In this document: positions 1 through 8,872 of the stretch, piece after piece
Position numbering within the stretch: the first letter of the stretch is position 1
How the letters are laid out: each line of letters opens with the position of its first letter
Origin: Candidatus Iainarchaeum sp.
GTDB taxonomy: Archaea > Iainarchaeota > Iainarchaeia > Iainarchaeales > GCA-2688035
Reading direction: 5' to 3'
Assembly (NCBI GenBank): GCA_017610175.1
Contig: JAFCCO010000019.1
Location: 1 to 20,955 of the forward strand
DNA length: 20,955 nucleotides
Notes under the pieces: model-generated
What the model saw: the letters and a program-made list of their open reading frames with translations, nothing else
The model's database searches: none
What the model was told of the DNA's origin: nothing
Position numbers and translations under genes: made by a program

Positions 1-69
1 ACCAGCAAAAAACAAGCCTTTTATAGTAGAATGCATTTGATATTTATGCTGATTAGTTAGGGTGAGGTA

Positions 70-150
70 TTGGGTTTCACAAGGGCATTGTTTGCAACGG
101 CATTATTCCTGCTTATTGGGGCTGCGGCATATTATTACAAAAGAAGTTGA
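70..150 (+). CDS. Candidate 26-aa single-helix membrane peptide (MGFTRALFATALFLLIGAAAYYYKRS)
   Basis: TTG start 4 nt after a GGTGA SD-like motif (61-65); hydrophobic stretch ending YYYKRS; below the ORF-track cutoff, read by hand. Confidence 0.4.
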   Translation: MGFTRALFATALFLLIGAAAYYYKRS

Positions 151-232
151 ATATTTCACTCAAGCAAAGGTTTAATTATGTGAAAAAACACAGGGTATTG
201 GGGGCAAACTAGCAAAAAAAGGTTTGGTTTGT

Positions 233-892
233 TTGGTTTTCAAAGACAGGTTTGATGCCGGTGAACAACTGGCAAAGGCTCTTGCTAAATTCAAAAAAGA
301 GGACTGTGTGGTTCTTGCTATTCCGCGTGGCGGGCTACAAATTGGTTTTGTGGTTGCAAAGAAACTTTGTTTTCCGCTGGAAGTTATTTTGACAAAAAAA
401 ATCGGGCACCCCTACAATCCCGAGTTTGCAATTGGCGCGGTTGGCCTGTTTGATATGATAGTTAGCTCTGAAGCAAAAGAGGCGCCGCAGGAGTACATCG
501 ACAAGCAAACAAAGGAAATTAGAGAGCTGCTTGTGGAGCGGCAGAAGATGTATATGGGTGCAAGAAGGCCTGCTTCTTTAAATGGCAAAACTGTAATTAT
601 TGTGGATGATGGGATTGCAACCGGGACAACAATGCTTCTTACTGTAAAGCTTGTTCGGAAAAGCAATCCAAAGAAAGTTATTGTGGCAATTCCGGTTGCT
701 CCGCCTGATGCTGTTAAGCGAATTGGGGAAGAGGCTGACGAGGTTGTTTGCCTTTCAAAACCGGTACTTTTTTCTGCGGTTGGAGAGTTTTACGGAATGT
801 TTCCGCAGGTTAGTGATGAAACGGCAATAGGGCTTTTGAAGGAGGCGAATGATTGGGTGAGACAAAAGAGAAGAGCGTCAAAATCAAAATAG
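233..892 (+). CDS. Type I phosphoribosyltransferase-family protein
   Basis: FKDRFDAG N-terminus, LAIPRGG, PRPP-binding VIIVDDGIATGTT. TTG233 preferred over 224. Confidence 0.88.
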   Translation: MVFKDRFDAGEQLAKALAKFKKEDCVVLAIPRGGLQIGFVVAKKLCFPLEVILTKKIGHPYNPEFAIGAVGLFDMIVSSEAKEAPQEYIDKQTKEIRELLVERQKMYMGARRPASLNGKTVIIVDDGIATGTTMLLTVKLVRKSNPKKVIVAIPVAPPDAVKRIGEEADEVVCLSKPVLFSAVGEFYGMFPQVSDETAIGLLKEANDWVRQKRRASKSK

Positions 893-1506
893 ACGGACGG
901 GAAATAAACGGTGACCTTTCTGTTTCGTCTGATGCAAAGGCAATCGTTGTTTTTGCGCACGGTAGCGGAAGCAGCAGATTCAGCCCCCGAAACAAGTTTG
1001 TTGCGTGTGAATTGAACAAGGTTGGGTTGGCCACTTTGCTAATTGATCTTTTAACTGAGGAAGAGGAGAAAGTTGATGCATTCAGTTCAGAGTTTCGCTT
1101 TGACATTGGTTTTCTCGCAATGAGGCTTGCAAGGGTGACTTCGTGGGTTCGCGAAAGCCCTTTGACAAACAAATTTAAGATTGGTTATTTTGGTTCGAGC
1201 ACAGGTGCCGCCGCCGCGCTTGTTGCCGCGGCAAAAATTCCTGAAAAAATTTATGCGGTTGTTTCAAGGGGGGGCAGGCCTGACCTTGCAAAAGATGCAC
1301 TTTCCGGAGTTAAGGCCCCAACACTTCTCATCGTGGGTGAAAATGACTTTGAGGTAATTGAAATGAACCAGTCAGCTTTGGATGTTCTCAAATGTGAGAA
1401 GAAGATGGAGATTGTTCCAAAGGCAACCCATCTTTTTGAGGAGCCGGGAGCCCTTGAACATGTTGCAAAGCTTGCGGCGAAGTGGTTTTCAGGGCACGCC
1501 AAGTAA
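853..1506 (+). CDS. Dienelactone-hydrolase-like alpha/beta hydrolase
   Basis: HGSGSSRFSPRN, GYFGSSTG nucleophile elbow, VSRGGRPDLA, ATHLFEEPGAL; GGAGG at 841-845 before TTG853. Confidence 0.88.
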   Translation: MGETKEKSVKIKIDGREINGDLSVSSDAKAIVVFAHGSGSSRFSPRNKFVACELNKVGLATLLIDLLTEEEEKVDAFSSEFRFDIGFLAMRLARVTSWVRESPLTNKFKIGYFGSSTGAAAALVAAAKIPEKIYAVVSRGGRPDLAKDALSGVKAPTLLIVGENDFEVIEMNQSALDVLKCEKKMEIVPKATHLFEEPGALEHVAKLAAKWFSGHAK

Positions 1507-1549
1507 TTAACGCAAATTCTTGGACACTTTTTCCCGCATAGCGGGCGTA

Positions 1550-1588
1550 ACAACAAAATAAAACAAAGAAAAGCCGCTTTCGCGGCTT
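1550..1588 (-). terminator. Hairpin + U-tract terminator after enolase
   Basis: Minus strand reads AAGCCGC-GAAA-GCGGCTT then TTCTTTGTTTTATTTTG, 8 nt after the eno stop. Confidence 0.65.
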
Positions 1589-1596
1589 AAAAGAAT

Positions 1597-2868
1597 TTAT
1601 TCAAACAGTTTTTTGCCGGGAAATTCCGCTTCGCTTCCAAGCATTTCCTCTATGCGCAGAAGCTGGTTATATTTTGCGTTTCTTTCGCTTCTTGCCGGTG
1701 CCCCGAACTTGCTTTGCCCTGCTCCAAGGCCTACCACAAGGTCTGCTATTAGGCTGTCTTCCGTTTCCCCTGATCGGTGCGATACCACTACATTCCAGTC
1801 GTTTTCAAATGACTTGAGTGCGGCGTCAATTGATTCCGTGATTGTTCCAATCTGGTTCACTTTCAGAAGCAGTGCGTTGCATGACTTTTCCTGAATTGCC
1901 TTTTCAATCCTTTCCGTGTTTGTCACAAGCAGGTCGTCCCCCACTATCTGCACTTTGCTTCCGATTTTTGCAGTGAGTTCCGTCCACCCTGCCCAGTCAT
2001 CCTCTGCCATTCCGTCTTCGAGTGAAACAATTGGGTAGGTTTCAACAAGGTTCTTGTAGAAGTCTGCCAGTTCGCCTGAGCAGTATTCTTTGCCGTAGAG
2101 CCTGTATTTTCCGTTTTCAAAGAATTCGCTGGATGCGCTGTCTATTGCAAAATCTATTTCTCCGCCGTAGCCGGCTTCTTCAACTGCCTTTAGCATGAGG
2201 TCAAGCCTTTCCTGGGTGCTTTTAACAGGCGGGACAAATCCCCCTTCGTCTCCAACCAGTGTTGCGTTTGCTCCGAATTTTGATTTCAAAATCTTTTTCA
2301 GTGCATGGTAGGTTTCTATTCCCATTTTTAGTGCGTCACTGTAGGTCTTTGCTTTTATTGGGAAAAGCATTTGTTCCTGAATGTCCTCTTCAAGCCCTGC
2401 GTGCCTTCCGCCGTTCATTACGTTGAGTTGCGGTGCGGGAAGCGCTTTTCCGTTTCGCCCGCTTAATTTTCCCAAATATTCAAACAGCGGGATTCCCTCT
2501 GTTACTGCCCCCGCTTTTGCCGCAGCCATGCTGACCGCAAGCATTGCGTTTGCTCCAAGGGTTTCCTTGTTTTTTGTCCCGTCAAGCTCAATCATTGCGT
2601 TGTCGAGCTCTTTTTGTCCGGTAACGTTCATTCCAATGAGTTTGGGCGCAATTTTTTCGTTTACGTTTGCAACCGCCTTAAGCACACCTTTTCCAAGATA
2701 TTCACTGCCTTTGTCGCGCAGTTCCAGTGCCTCGTGCTCTCCTGTTGATGCACCGCTTGGCACTATTGCCCTGAAAACACCTTTGTCGGTTGTAATTTCA
2801 GCTTCAACTGTCGGGTTTCCCCTGCTGTCCAGAACTTGCCTTCCGTAAATCTTCTTTATCTCGCTCAC
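1597..2868 (-). CDS. eno: Enolase
   Basis: DSRGNPTVE, VPSGASTG, GDEGG, LLLKVNQIG, VSHRSGETED. GTG2868 (MSEIKK) follows GGAGG; the ORF track extends it to 2883. Confidence 0.97.
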   Translation of the reverse strand: MSEIKKIYGRQVLDSRGNPTVEAEITTDKGVFRAIVPSGASTGEHEALELRDKGSEYLGKGVLKAVANVNEKIAPKLIGMNVTGQKELDNAMIELDGTKNKETLGANAMLAVSMAAAKAGAVTEGIPLFEYLGKLSGRNGKALPAPQLNVMNGGRHAGLEEDIQEQMLFPIKAKTYSDALKMGIETYHALKKILKSKFGANATLVGDEGGFVPPVKSTQERLDLMLKAVEEAGYGGEIDFAIDSASSEFFENGKYRLYGKEYCSGELADFYKNLVETYPIVSLEDGMAEDDWAGWTELTAKIGSKVQIVGDDLLVTNTERIEKAIQEKSCNALLLKVNQIGTITESIDAALKSFENDWNVVVSHRSGETEDSLIADLVVGLGAGQSKFGAPARSERNAKYNQLLRIEEMLGSEAEFPGKKLFE

Positions 2869-2932
2869 CAAAAATCCCTCCACTTAAGAATTTGTCTTTC
2901 TGTAGGGTGAAATCCAATAAACTGTTTTAAAC

Positions 2933-3421
2933 CTATCTGGGTCTTTGCTTTCTGGGGGCTTTTGCGCCTGATTTTCTTTTGGGCCTTTCTATTTTTGCCC
3001 TTTGCATTCTCAGTGCAGTTGCTCTTTTTAGTCTGAGTTTCATTATGACCCCTGAAAGGTCTTTTAGCCTGGTTTTTGTGGCCACTACCTTTACAAAGAC
3101 TTCTCTTAGTTCTTTTACTTCTGGGGGACCAACTTTCATGCCGCCCTCTGTCATTGATTTTCTTGCACCCTCAATAAATGTTCTTTCAAGTTCCCTTAGC
3201 TCGTCGATGTGCTGTGCTCCTGTAAGCCCTTTTCTGTTCATCACGTGTGTGATTTCCTCTAAAACACGCAGAGTAATTCCTGATTGCTGGCTCAGCACGC
3301 GCTCATATCGCTTTATTAGCTTTAGTTTGTCCCTGCTTGGAAGGTCCTTTCTTACCACTATTGCTTCCAGGGCGCGCAGTTCCTGTGTAATAATGTCCTT
3401 TTTCTGCCTTTCCTTTGACAT
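2933..3421 (-). CDS. Hypothetical basic helical protein (162 aa)
   Basis: ATG start with TTATAAA about 25 nt upstream on the minus strand; K/R-rich and helical; no recognised motif. Confidence 0.65.
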   Translation of the reverse strand: MSKERQKKDIITQELRALEAIVVRKDLPSRDKLKLIKRYERVLSQQSGITLRVLEEITHVMNRKGLTGAQHIDELRELERTFIEGARKSMTEGGMKVGPPEVKELREVFVKVVATKTRLKDLSGVIMKLRLKRATALRMQRAKIERPKRKSGAKAPRKQRPR

Positions 3422-3515
3422 ATAATAAATTCTACCTTTCTTTGTTTATAATCCTTTGCAGGCTCCCAATCTGTTTTTAAAATAATTCAAGTTATATTAA
3501 TGCGGTGTTTTTCCC

Positions 3516-4451
3516 TTGAATAACCATGAGCTGAAGATTTTTACGGGGACCGGGAACCCGGAGCTTGCAAAGAAGATAGCCGGCTATTTGAAGAAGCCCC
3601 TTGGAAAGGCAGACGTTAAAAAATTCAGCAACGGGGAATCATACGCTCGCTTTCTTGAAAACATTCGCGGCTGCGACGTTTTTATTGTTCAAAGCATGCA
3701 CGGAAATGTTAACGACCAGCTGATGGAACTTTTGATTCTGCTTGATGCCGCAAAGCGTGCCTCTGCCGCAAGGGTTACTCCTGTAATTTCACATTACGCT
3801 TATGCAAGGCAGGACTGGAAGGCGGCTTCCCGGGAACCCATTACCGCAAAGCTTGTGGCTGATTTGCTTTCGGCTGCCGGAGCGGACAGGGTTATTGCCC
3901 TTGACCTGCATTCGGAGCAGATTCAGGGATTTTTTAACATGCCTGTGGACGTTCCAACTGCGCTTCCAAAGTTTTTGAACCTTGTTAAGAGCTGGAAGCT
4001 TAAGAATCCGATTGTGCTTGCGCCCGACGCCGGTTCCGCAAAAAAGTCAACCAAGGCAGCGCAAAAGCTTGGCGTTGATATTGCGATTGTGAACAAGCGC
4101 AGGCCAAAGCACGGCGAGGTTGAGGCACTTCACCTGATTGGGAATGTAAAGGGAACCGACTGCATTGTTTTTGAGGACATGATTGACACAGGGGGGACAA
4201 TTTGTGCGGCGGCAAAGGTTGTCAAGGCTGCTGGCGCAAAGTCCGTAACCGTTTGCGCAACCCACGGCATTTTCTCAAAGGACGCAATTAAGAAAATTAA
4301 CGACAGCGAAATTGACAAGGTTGTTGTAACCAATTCAATTCCTGACGGGCACGACTCCCTGAAAATCGGGGTAATGGATATAAGCGATTTGCTTGGGGAA
4401 GTAATTAAAAGAATCCACAGCAACGAAAGCATCAGCTTCCTTTTTGAGTGA
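3516..4451 (+). CDS. prs: Ribose-phosphate pyrophosphokinase (class I-like)
   Basis: KFSNGE, YARQD, DLHSEQIQGFF, APDAG, EDMIDTGGT, C-terminal ESISFLF. Confidence 0.96.
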   Translation: MNNHELKIFTGTGNPELAKKIAGYLKKPLGKADVKKFSNGESYARFLENIRGCDVFIVQSMHGNVNDQLMELLILLDAAKRASAARVTPVISHYAYARQDWKAASREPITAKLVADLLSAAGADRVIALDLHSEQIQGFFNMPVDVPTALPKFLNLVKSWKLKNPIVLAPDAGSAKKSTKAAQKLGVDIAIVNKRRPKHGEVEALHLIGNVKGTDCIVFEDMIDTGGTICAAAKVVKAAGAKSVTVCATHGIFSKDAIKKINDSEIDKVVVTNSIPDGHDSLKIGVMDISDLLGEVIKRIHSNESISFLFE

Positions 4452-4457
4452 TTTTTT

Positions 4458-4901
4458 GTGGAGAAGAAAACCCATTACAAGAGTAGTTCGTTTATTCATT
4501 TCTCAAGGCCCTTAACCCTTTCCAAGGAACAGGCCCTTTTTGTTGAGTCTGAACACAAACCGGCACTTCACGTTGATGTTGAGCGAATCCGCGTAAACAA
4601 TTATGAAAAGGAAAAGGGTGAGCTTGTTGGCGGGGTACTTCTTTTTGAGAAGGTTGAAAATGATGGCGAATTTTCAATGGTTTCCGAAAATGGGAAGGGT
4701 TCGGTAAAGGAAATTCTCCCGCTTAAGAATTTTGAGTGGCGCACTGTTCCTGCCTTCGAGTACCACAATGCATTCACTGTTTTTGGAGAGCAGGAGCTTG
4801 AAATTGTTGAGCCCGCCGCAACCGGAAGCCTCAGCATTTTCCACGACGGCAGGGCAAAACTTGATTCAAAACTCCTTTTGGAACTGGGCAAAGAGCTTTG
4901 A
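4458..4901 (+). CDS. Hypothetical protein (147 aa)
   Basis: GTG start 6 nt after the prs stop with a GAGTGA SD-like motif; fills the gap; host-like codon style. Confidence 0.6.
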   Translation: MEKKTHYKSSSFIHFSRPLTLSKEQALFVESEHKPALHVDVERIRVNNYEKEKGELVGGVLLFEKVENDGEFSMVSENGKGSVKEILPLKNFEWRTVPAFEYHNAFTVFGEQELEIVEPAATGSLSIFHDGRAKLDSKLLLELGKEL

Positions 4902-4912
4902 ACGAATTTCGC
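4902..4912. promoter_or_regulatory. Putative Lrp-family operator upstream of aspC
   Basis: ACGAATTTCGC with dyad core CGAA-T-TTCG, 56 nt before ATG4958; identical copy at 6121. Confidence 0.6.
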
Positions 4913-4957
4913 CCCAAAAAACACTCTTAAAAAACAATTATGTCTTTCTTTTTTTGC

Positions 4958-6118
4958 ATGCTAAGTGAGAGAGTTAAAAGAATTGCGCCAAGTGCGACTT
5001 TTGCGGTGAAGGCAAAGGCACAGGCGCTTAGGGCGCAGGGCCACGATGTGCTAAGCTTTGGCTTGGGCCAGCCCGATTTTGACACTCCCGATCTCGTAAA
5101 GGACGCCGCAAAAAAGGCCCTTGACGACGGCTTCACAAAGTACACGGCTGCCGCGGGAATTCCCGAGCTAAAGGAGGCAATTGCAGCAAAGCTTAAGCGT
5201 GACAATTCAATTGACTGCGAGGCCTCAAACATTGTTGTAAGCAACGGTGCAAAGCACTCGCTTCACAATATTTTCCAGGCAATGATTAATCCGGGGGACG
5301 AGGTAATTCTTCTTTCACCCTACTGGGTAAGCTATATTGAGCAGGTAAGGCTTTCAGAGGGAAAGGCGGTTTTAGTTGACTGTGACAAGGAATTCCAGCC
5401 GATTGCCGACTCAATTAAGGAAGCAATAACCGACAAGACAAAAATGATTGTGGTAAATTCCCCAAACAATCCAACAGGCGCTGTTTTTGGAAAGCAGAAA
5501 CTGCAGGAAATAGCGGACATTGCGCTTGAAAATGACTTGTTTATCATTTCGGACGAGTGCTACGAGCACTTTGTTTACGAGGGGGCAAAGCATTACAGCA
5601 TAGCGTCCTTTTCTGAAGAGCTTGCTGCAAAAACCCTTACGGTTAACGCCCTTTCAAAAACTTACGCCATGACCGGCTGGCGTGTTGGCTATGTTTGCGC
5701 ACCCAAGGAAGCTGCAAAGGCAATGGGTTCGCTTCAGGGGCAGACCACAAGCAATGTAAACAGCATTGCCCAAAAGGCAGCTGTTGCCGCGTTAAACGGC
5801 CCGCTTGACGCCGTAAAGGAGATGGCTGCCACATTTGACGAGCGCAGAAAGTACGCTGTTGAGGAGTTCAACAAAATCCCCGGAATTGAGTGCAACGAGC
5901 CCCTTGGGGCCTTTTATCTTTTTCCGTATGTGGACGGCTGTTTTAAGGGCGGGGTGGGCAATTCGGCAGAATTTTGTGATTTCCTGCTTGAAAAAGCGCA
6001 CGTTGGCCTTGTCCCCGGCTCTGCATTTGGTTTGGACAGCTGTGTAAGGTTTTCCTGCGCGTCCTCCCTGGATTCAATTAAGGAGGGAATTTCCCGCATT
6101 GCAAAGGCACTAAGTTAG
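4958..6118 (+). CDS. aspC: PLP-dependent aspartate aminotransferase (class I/II)
   Basis: GQPDF, NSPNNPTGAV, SDECY, SKTYAMTGWRVG (PLP Lys). ATG4958 lies about 25 nt after TTAAAAA. Confidence 0.92.
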   Translation: MLSERVKRIAPSATFAVKAKAQALRAQGHDVLSFGLGQPDFDTPDLVKDAAKKALDDGFTKYTAAAGIPELKEAIAAKLKRDNSIDCEASNIVVSNGAKHSLHNIFQAMINPGDEVILLSPYWVSYIEQVRLSEGKAVLVDCDKEFQPIADSIKEAITDKTKMIVVNSPNNPTGAVFGKQKLQEIADIALENDLFIISDECYEHFVYEGAKHYSIASFSEELAAKTLTVNALSKTYAMTGWRVGYVCAPKEAAKAMGSLQGQTTSNVNSIAQKAAVAALNGPLDAVKEMAATFDERRKYAVEEFNKIPGIECNEPLGAFYLFPYVDGCFKGGVGNSAEFCDFLLEKAHVGLVPGSAFGLDSCVRFSCASSLDSIKEGISRIAKALS

Positions 6119-6120
6119 TG

Positions 6121-6131
6121 ACGAATTTCGC
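6121..6131. promoter_or_regulatory. Putative Lrp-family operator upstream of lrp-pckG
   Basis: ACGAATTTCGC, 56 nt before ATG6177 and upstream of the TTTAAATA box. Confidence 0.6.
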
Positions 6132-6176
6132 ACTAAATTGCTCTTTTTTAAATAAATTTCGTTATATGGTTTTTTT

Positions 6177-6590
6177 ATGCTTTTGGATCCCTTGGATGAA
6201 AAAATTATTGGCTTTCTGAAAAAAGACTGCAGAACGCCTTTTCTTAAAATTGCAAAAGAAACAGGGGTTAGCGAAAGCACTGTAAGAAAGCGCGTTGCAA
6301 AGCTAAAATCCAATGGAGTAATAAGGGCATTTACCCTCTTGCTTGACTCAAGCCTTGCATTTGAAAGCATTGTTGCGGTTAAGTGCATGCCAAAGCAGAC
6401 AAAGAAAGTTTCCGAGCAAATTAAGAAACTAAGCCCGTTTCTTCCCGTTGTGGAGGTTACAGGGCGCTATGACATATTCTGCACGGTTTTTGCACCAACA
6501 ACCCGCGGGCTAAACGATTTGATTGACAAAATCAGAGGCATTAACGGGGTTGTTGAAACAGAGAGTTTTTTTGTTGTTGAAAAAAAATAG
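6177..6590 (+). CDS. Lrp/AsnC-family transcriptional regulator
   Basis: N-terminal HTH (LDPLDEKII...IAKETGVSESTVRKRV..L..NGVI) and RAM domain (EVTGRYDI, INGVVETES). Confidence 0.93.
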   Translation: MLLDPLDEKIIGFLKKDCRTPFLKIAKETGVSESTVRKRVAKLKSNGVIRAFTLLLDSSLAFESIVAVKCMPKQTKKVSEQIKKLSPFLPVVEVTGRYDIFCTVFAPTTRGLNDLIDKIRGINGVVETESFFVVEKK

Positions 6591-6601
6591 GAGTGATTTG
6601 A

Positions 6602-8470
6602 ATGGCCTTAAAGGATATAATGGACGAAAAGAACGTGGAAAAACTGGAGGCGCTTGGAAACAAGCACGTTGAAAAAATCGTTGAGGAGTTTGCATCAATC
6701 TGCAAGCCCGCAAAGATTACAGTTCTCACAGATTCGCAGGAAGACATTGATTATGTGAAAGGCCTTTCTGTTGAAAATGGAGAGGAATCAAAGCTAGGTA
6801 TTGACGGCCACACAATTCACTTCGACGGTTACTTTGATCAGGCAAGGGACAAGGGAAACACGCAAATTCTTCTTTCGGATGGCGTTAAGGTCGCAAAAAA
6901 CATCAACACAATGGAGCGCGAAACAGGGTTGAAGGAAGTTCTTGGAATAATGGATGGAATAATGGAGGGCAAGGAGATGCTTGTCTGCTTTTTCTGCCTT
7001 GGCCCAACAAACTCAGAGTTCTCAATTCCCGCACTGCAGCTAACGGACTCAGCATATGTTGCGCACAGTGAATACATCCTTTACAGATCAGGATACGGGC
7101 AGTTCAAGAAGCTTGAGGGAAGCGACAAATTCTTCCACTTTGTCCACTCGGTGGGGGAGCTTGAAAACAATGTTTGCAAAAACATCGACAAGAGAAGAAT
7201 TTACATTGACTTAATGCACAATCGTGTGTTTACGGTAAACAACCAGTACGCGGGAAACAGCGTCGGCCTGAAAAAGCTTGCGCTAAGGCTTGCGATTAAG
7301 AAGGCAAACGAGGAAAACTGGTTAACGGAGCACATGTTTGTTTCAGGAATTCACCCCAAGGGAAAGGACCGCGTCACATATTTCACGGGTGCATTTCCAA
7401 GCGCCTGCGGAAAGACAAGCACCGCAATGCTTCCGGGAAACACGGTAATAGGGGACGACATCGCATACATAAGGGTCGGATCCGAAGGAGAAGCAAGGGC
7501 TGTAAACGTTGAGCAGGGAATTTTTGGAATAATAAGGGACATTAACGCAAAAGGGGACCCATACATCTTCAGCGCAATCACTTCCCCAAGAGAGGCAATC
7601 TTCTCAAACGTTTTAGTAAAGGACGGCAAGCCGCACTGGCTTGGAATGAATGAGGAAATTCCAAAGGCCGGGATAAACCACTCCGGTGAATGGACGGAAG
7701 GGAAGAAGGACGAGGCCGGAAATGAAATAACGCCATCGCACAAAAATGCGCGCTACACAATTCGAATAAACGAGCTTGAAAACGCAGATCCCCACGCGGA
7801 CGACTCAAAAGGGGTTCCTGTAAGCGGATTCATTTACGGTGGAAGAGATTCAAACACAACAATTCCTGTTGCCGAATCGCTCAGCTGGCCGCACGGAGTT
7901 TTCATTGGGGTAACAATTGAAAGCGAAACAACGGCGGCAACACTTGGCGCGGAAGGAAAGCTTGTGCACAACCCGATGTCAAACATTGACTTCCTAACAG
8001 TTCCGCTTTCCACCTACATAAACAGCCACCTTAGGTTTGGGGAATACATTGACAAGCCGATTAAGATTTTTTCCACAAACTACTTCCTCAAGGAAGAGGG
8101 GGAATATCTTAACGGAATGCTTGACAAAAAAATCTGGCTCCTTTGGATGGAGCTTCGGGTCCACAACGAGGTTGAGGCAATCGAAACCCCGGTCGGGTGG
8201 ATTCCAAAGTACGCCGACTTAAAGGAACTGTTCAAAACATACCTTGACAAGGACTACAGTGAAGAGGACTACAACAAGCAGTTCGCGCTTCGCCTTTCAA
8301 AATACCTTGCAAAGTTTGACCGCATTGAAGCAATCTTTAAGGAAGAGCAGGATATCCCGCAGGTGTTCTGGGACCATCTTGAACAGCAGAAGGAAAGGCT
8401 CAATGCAGCAAAAGAACAGTTTGGAAAAGAGGTTATATTGCCCTCGGAGTTTGAAACTTCGGGGCAGTAA
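6602..8470 (+). CDS. pckG: Phosphoenolpyruvate carboxykinase (GTP)
   Basis: YAGNSVGLKKLALR, WLTEHM, GAFPSACGKTS, IGDDIAY, HKNARY, YGGRD; GGAGTGA SD. Confidence 0.96.
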   Translation: MALKDIMDEKNVEKLEALGNKHVEKIVEEFASICKPAKITVLTDSQEDIDYVKGLSVENGEESKLGIDGHTIHFDGYFDQARDKGNTQILLSDGVKVAKNINTMERETGLKEVLGIMDGIMEGKEMLVCFFCLGPTNSEFSIPALQLTDSAYVAHSEYILYRSGYGQFKKLEGSDKFFHFVHSVGELENNVCKNIDKRRIYIDLMHNRVFTVNNQYAGNSVGLKKLALRLAIKKANEENWLTEHMFVSGIHPKGKDRVTYFTGAFPSACGKTSTAMLPGNTVIGDDIAYIRVGSEGEARAVNVEQGIFGIIRDINAKGDPYIFSAITSPREAIFSNVLVKDGKPHWLGMNEEIPKAGINHSGEWTEGKKDEAGNEITPSHKNARYTIRINELENADPHADDSKGVPVSGFIYGGRDSNTTIPVAESLSWPHGVFIGVTIESETTAATLGAEGKLVHNPMSNIDFLTVPLSTYINSHLRFGEYIDKPIKIFSTNYFLKEEGEYLNGMLDKKIWLLWMELRVHNEVEAIETPVGWIPKYADLKELFKTYLDKDYSEEDYNKQFALRLSKYLAKFDRIEAIFKEEQDIPQVFWDHLEQQKERLNAAKEQFGKEVILPSEFETSGQ

Positions 8471-8510
8471 GCCATTTATATAACTTCCAACGTTATTTTT
8501 CCTGATAAAA

Positions 8511-8591
8511 ATGGGTGAAAACAAACTAATCGGAATGCTTTTCATAGGGGCCGCAATAGGCTTCTATTTGCCTGCATTGCCCGAGCCGCTT
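8511..8591 (+). pseudogene. 5' half of an interrupted 49-aa two-helix membrane protein (now runs on into the insert to TAA8663)
   Basis: TTTATATA at 8475-8482; MGENKLIGMLFIGAAIGFYLPALPEPL joins in frame to 10405-10473. Confidence 0.65.
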
Positions 8592-8695
8592 ATTAAGAGC
8601 CGGCTTTCAAAGTTTATTATTATTGGGGAAGCAAAGATTAAGGGCAAAGCAGGGCTTAAATAATTGCGAATTTGCCTTTTGTTTCTGTTAAGGAT

Positions 8696-8833
8696 ATGAT
8701 TGTTTTTTATTCGGCTTTGCGGGAATTGGAAAAGGATTTGAAGGTAAAGATTATTCAAAAGCTTGCATTGCAATTGGATTTGGATATTTTGGAAGAACTT
8801 AAAGATGAATTGCCATTCAAGGGTGTGGCTTGA
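8696..8833 (+). CDS. Small 45-aa ORF (MIVFYSALRELEKDLKVKIIQKLALQLDLDILEELKDELPFKGVA)
   Basis: ATG about 35 nt after CTTAAATA; amphipathic Leu/Glu pattern; directly upstream of the radical SAM gene. Confidence 0.35.
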   Translation: MIVFYSALRELEKDLKVKIIQKLALQLDLDILEELKDELPFKGVA

Positions 8834-8872
8834 TGGATTCGGATCGTGTTGGGTTTTTGTGGTTGTGAGATT

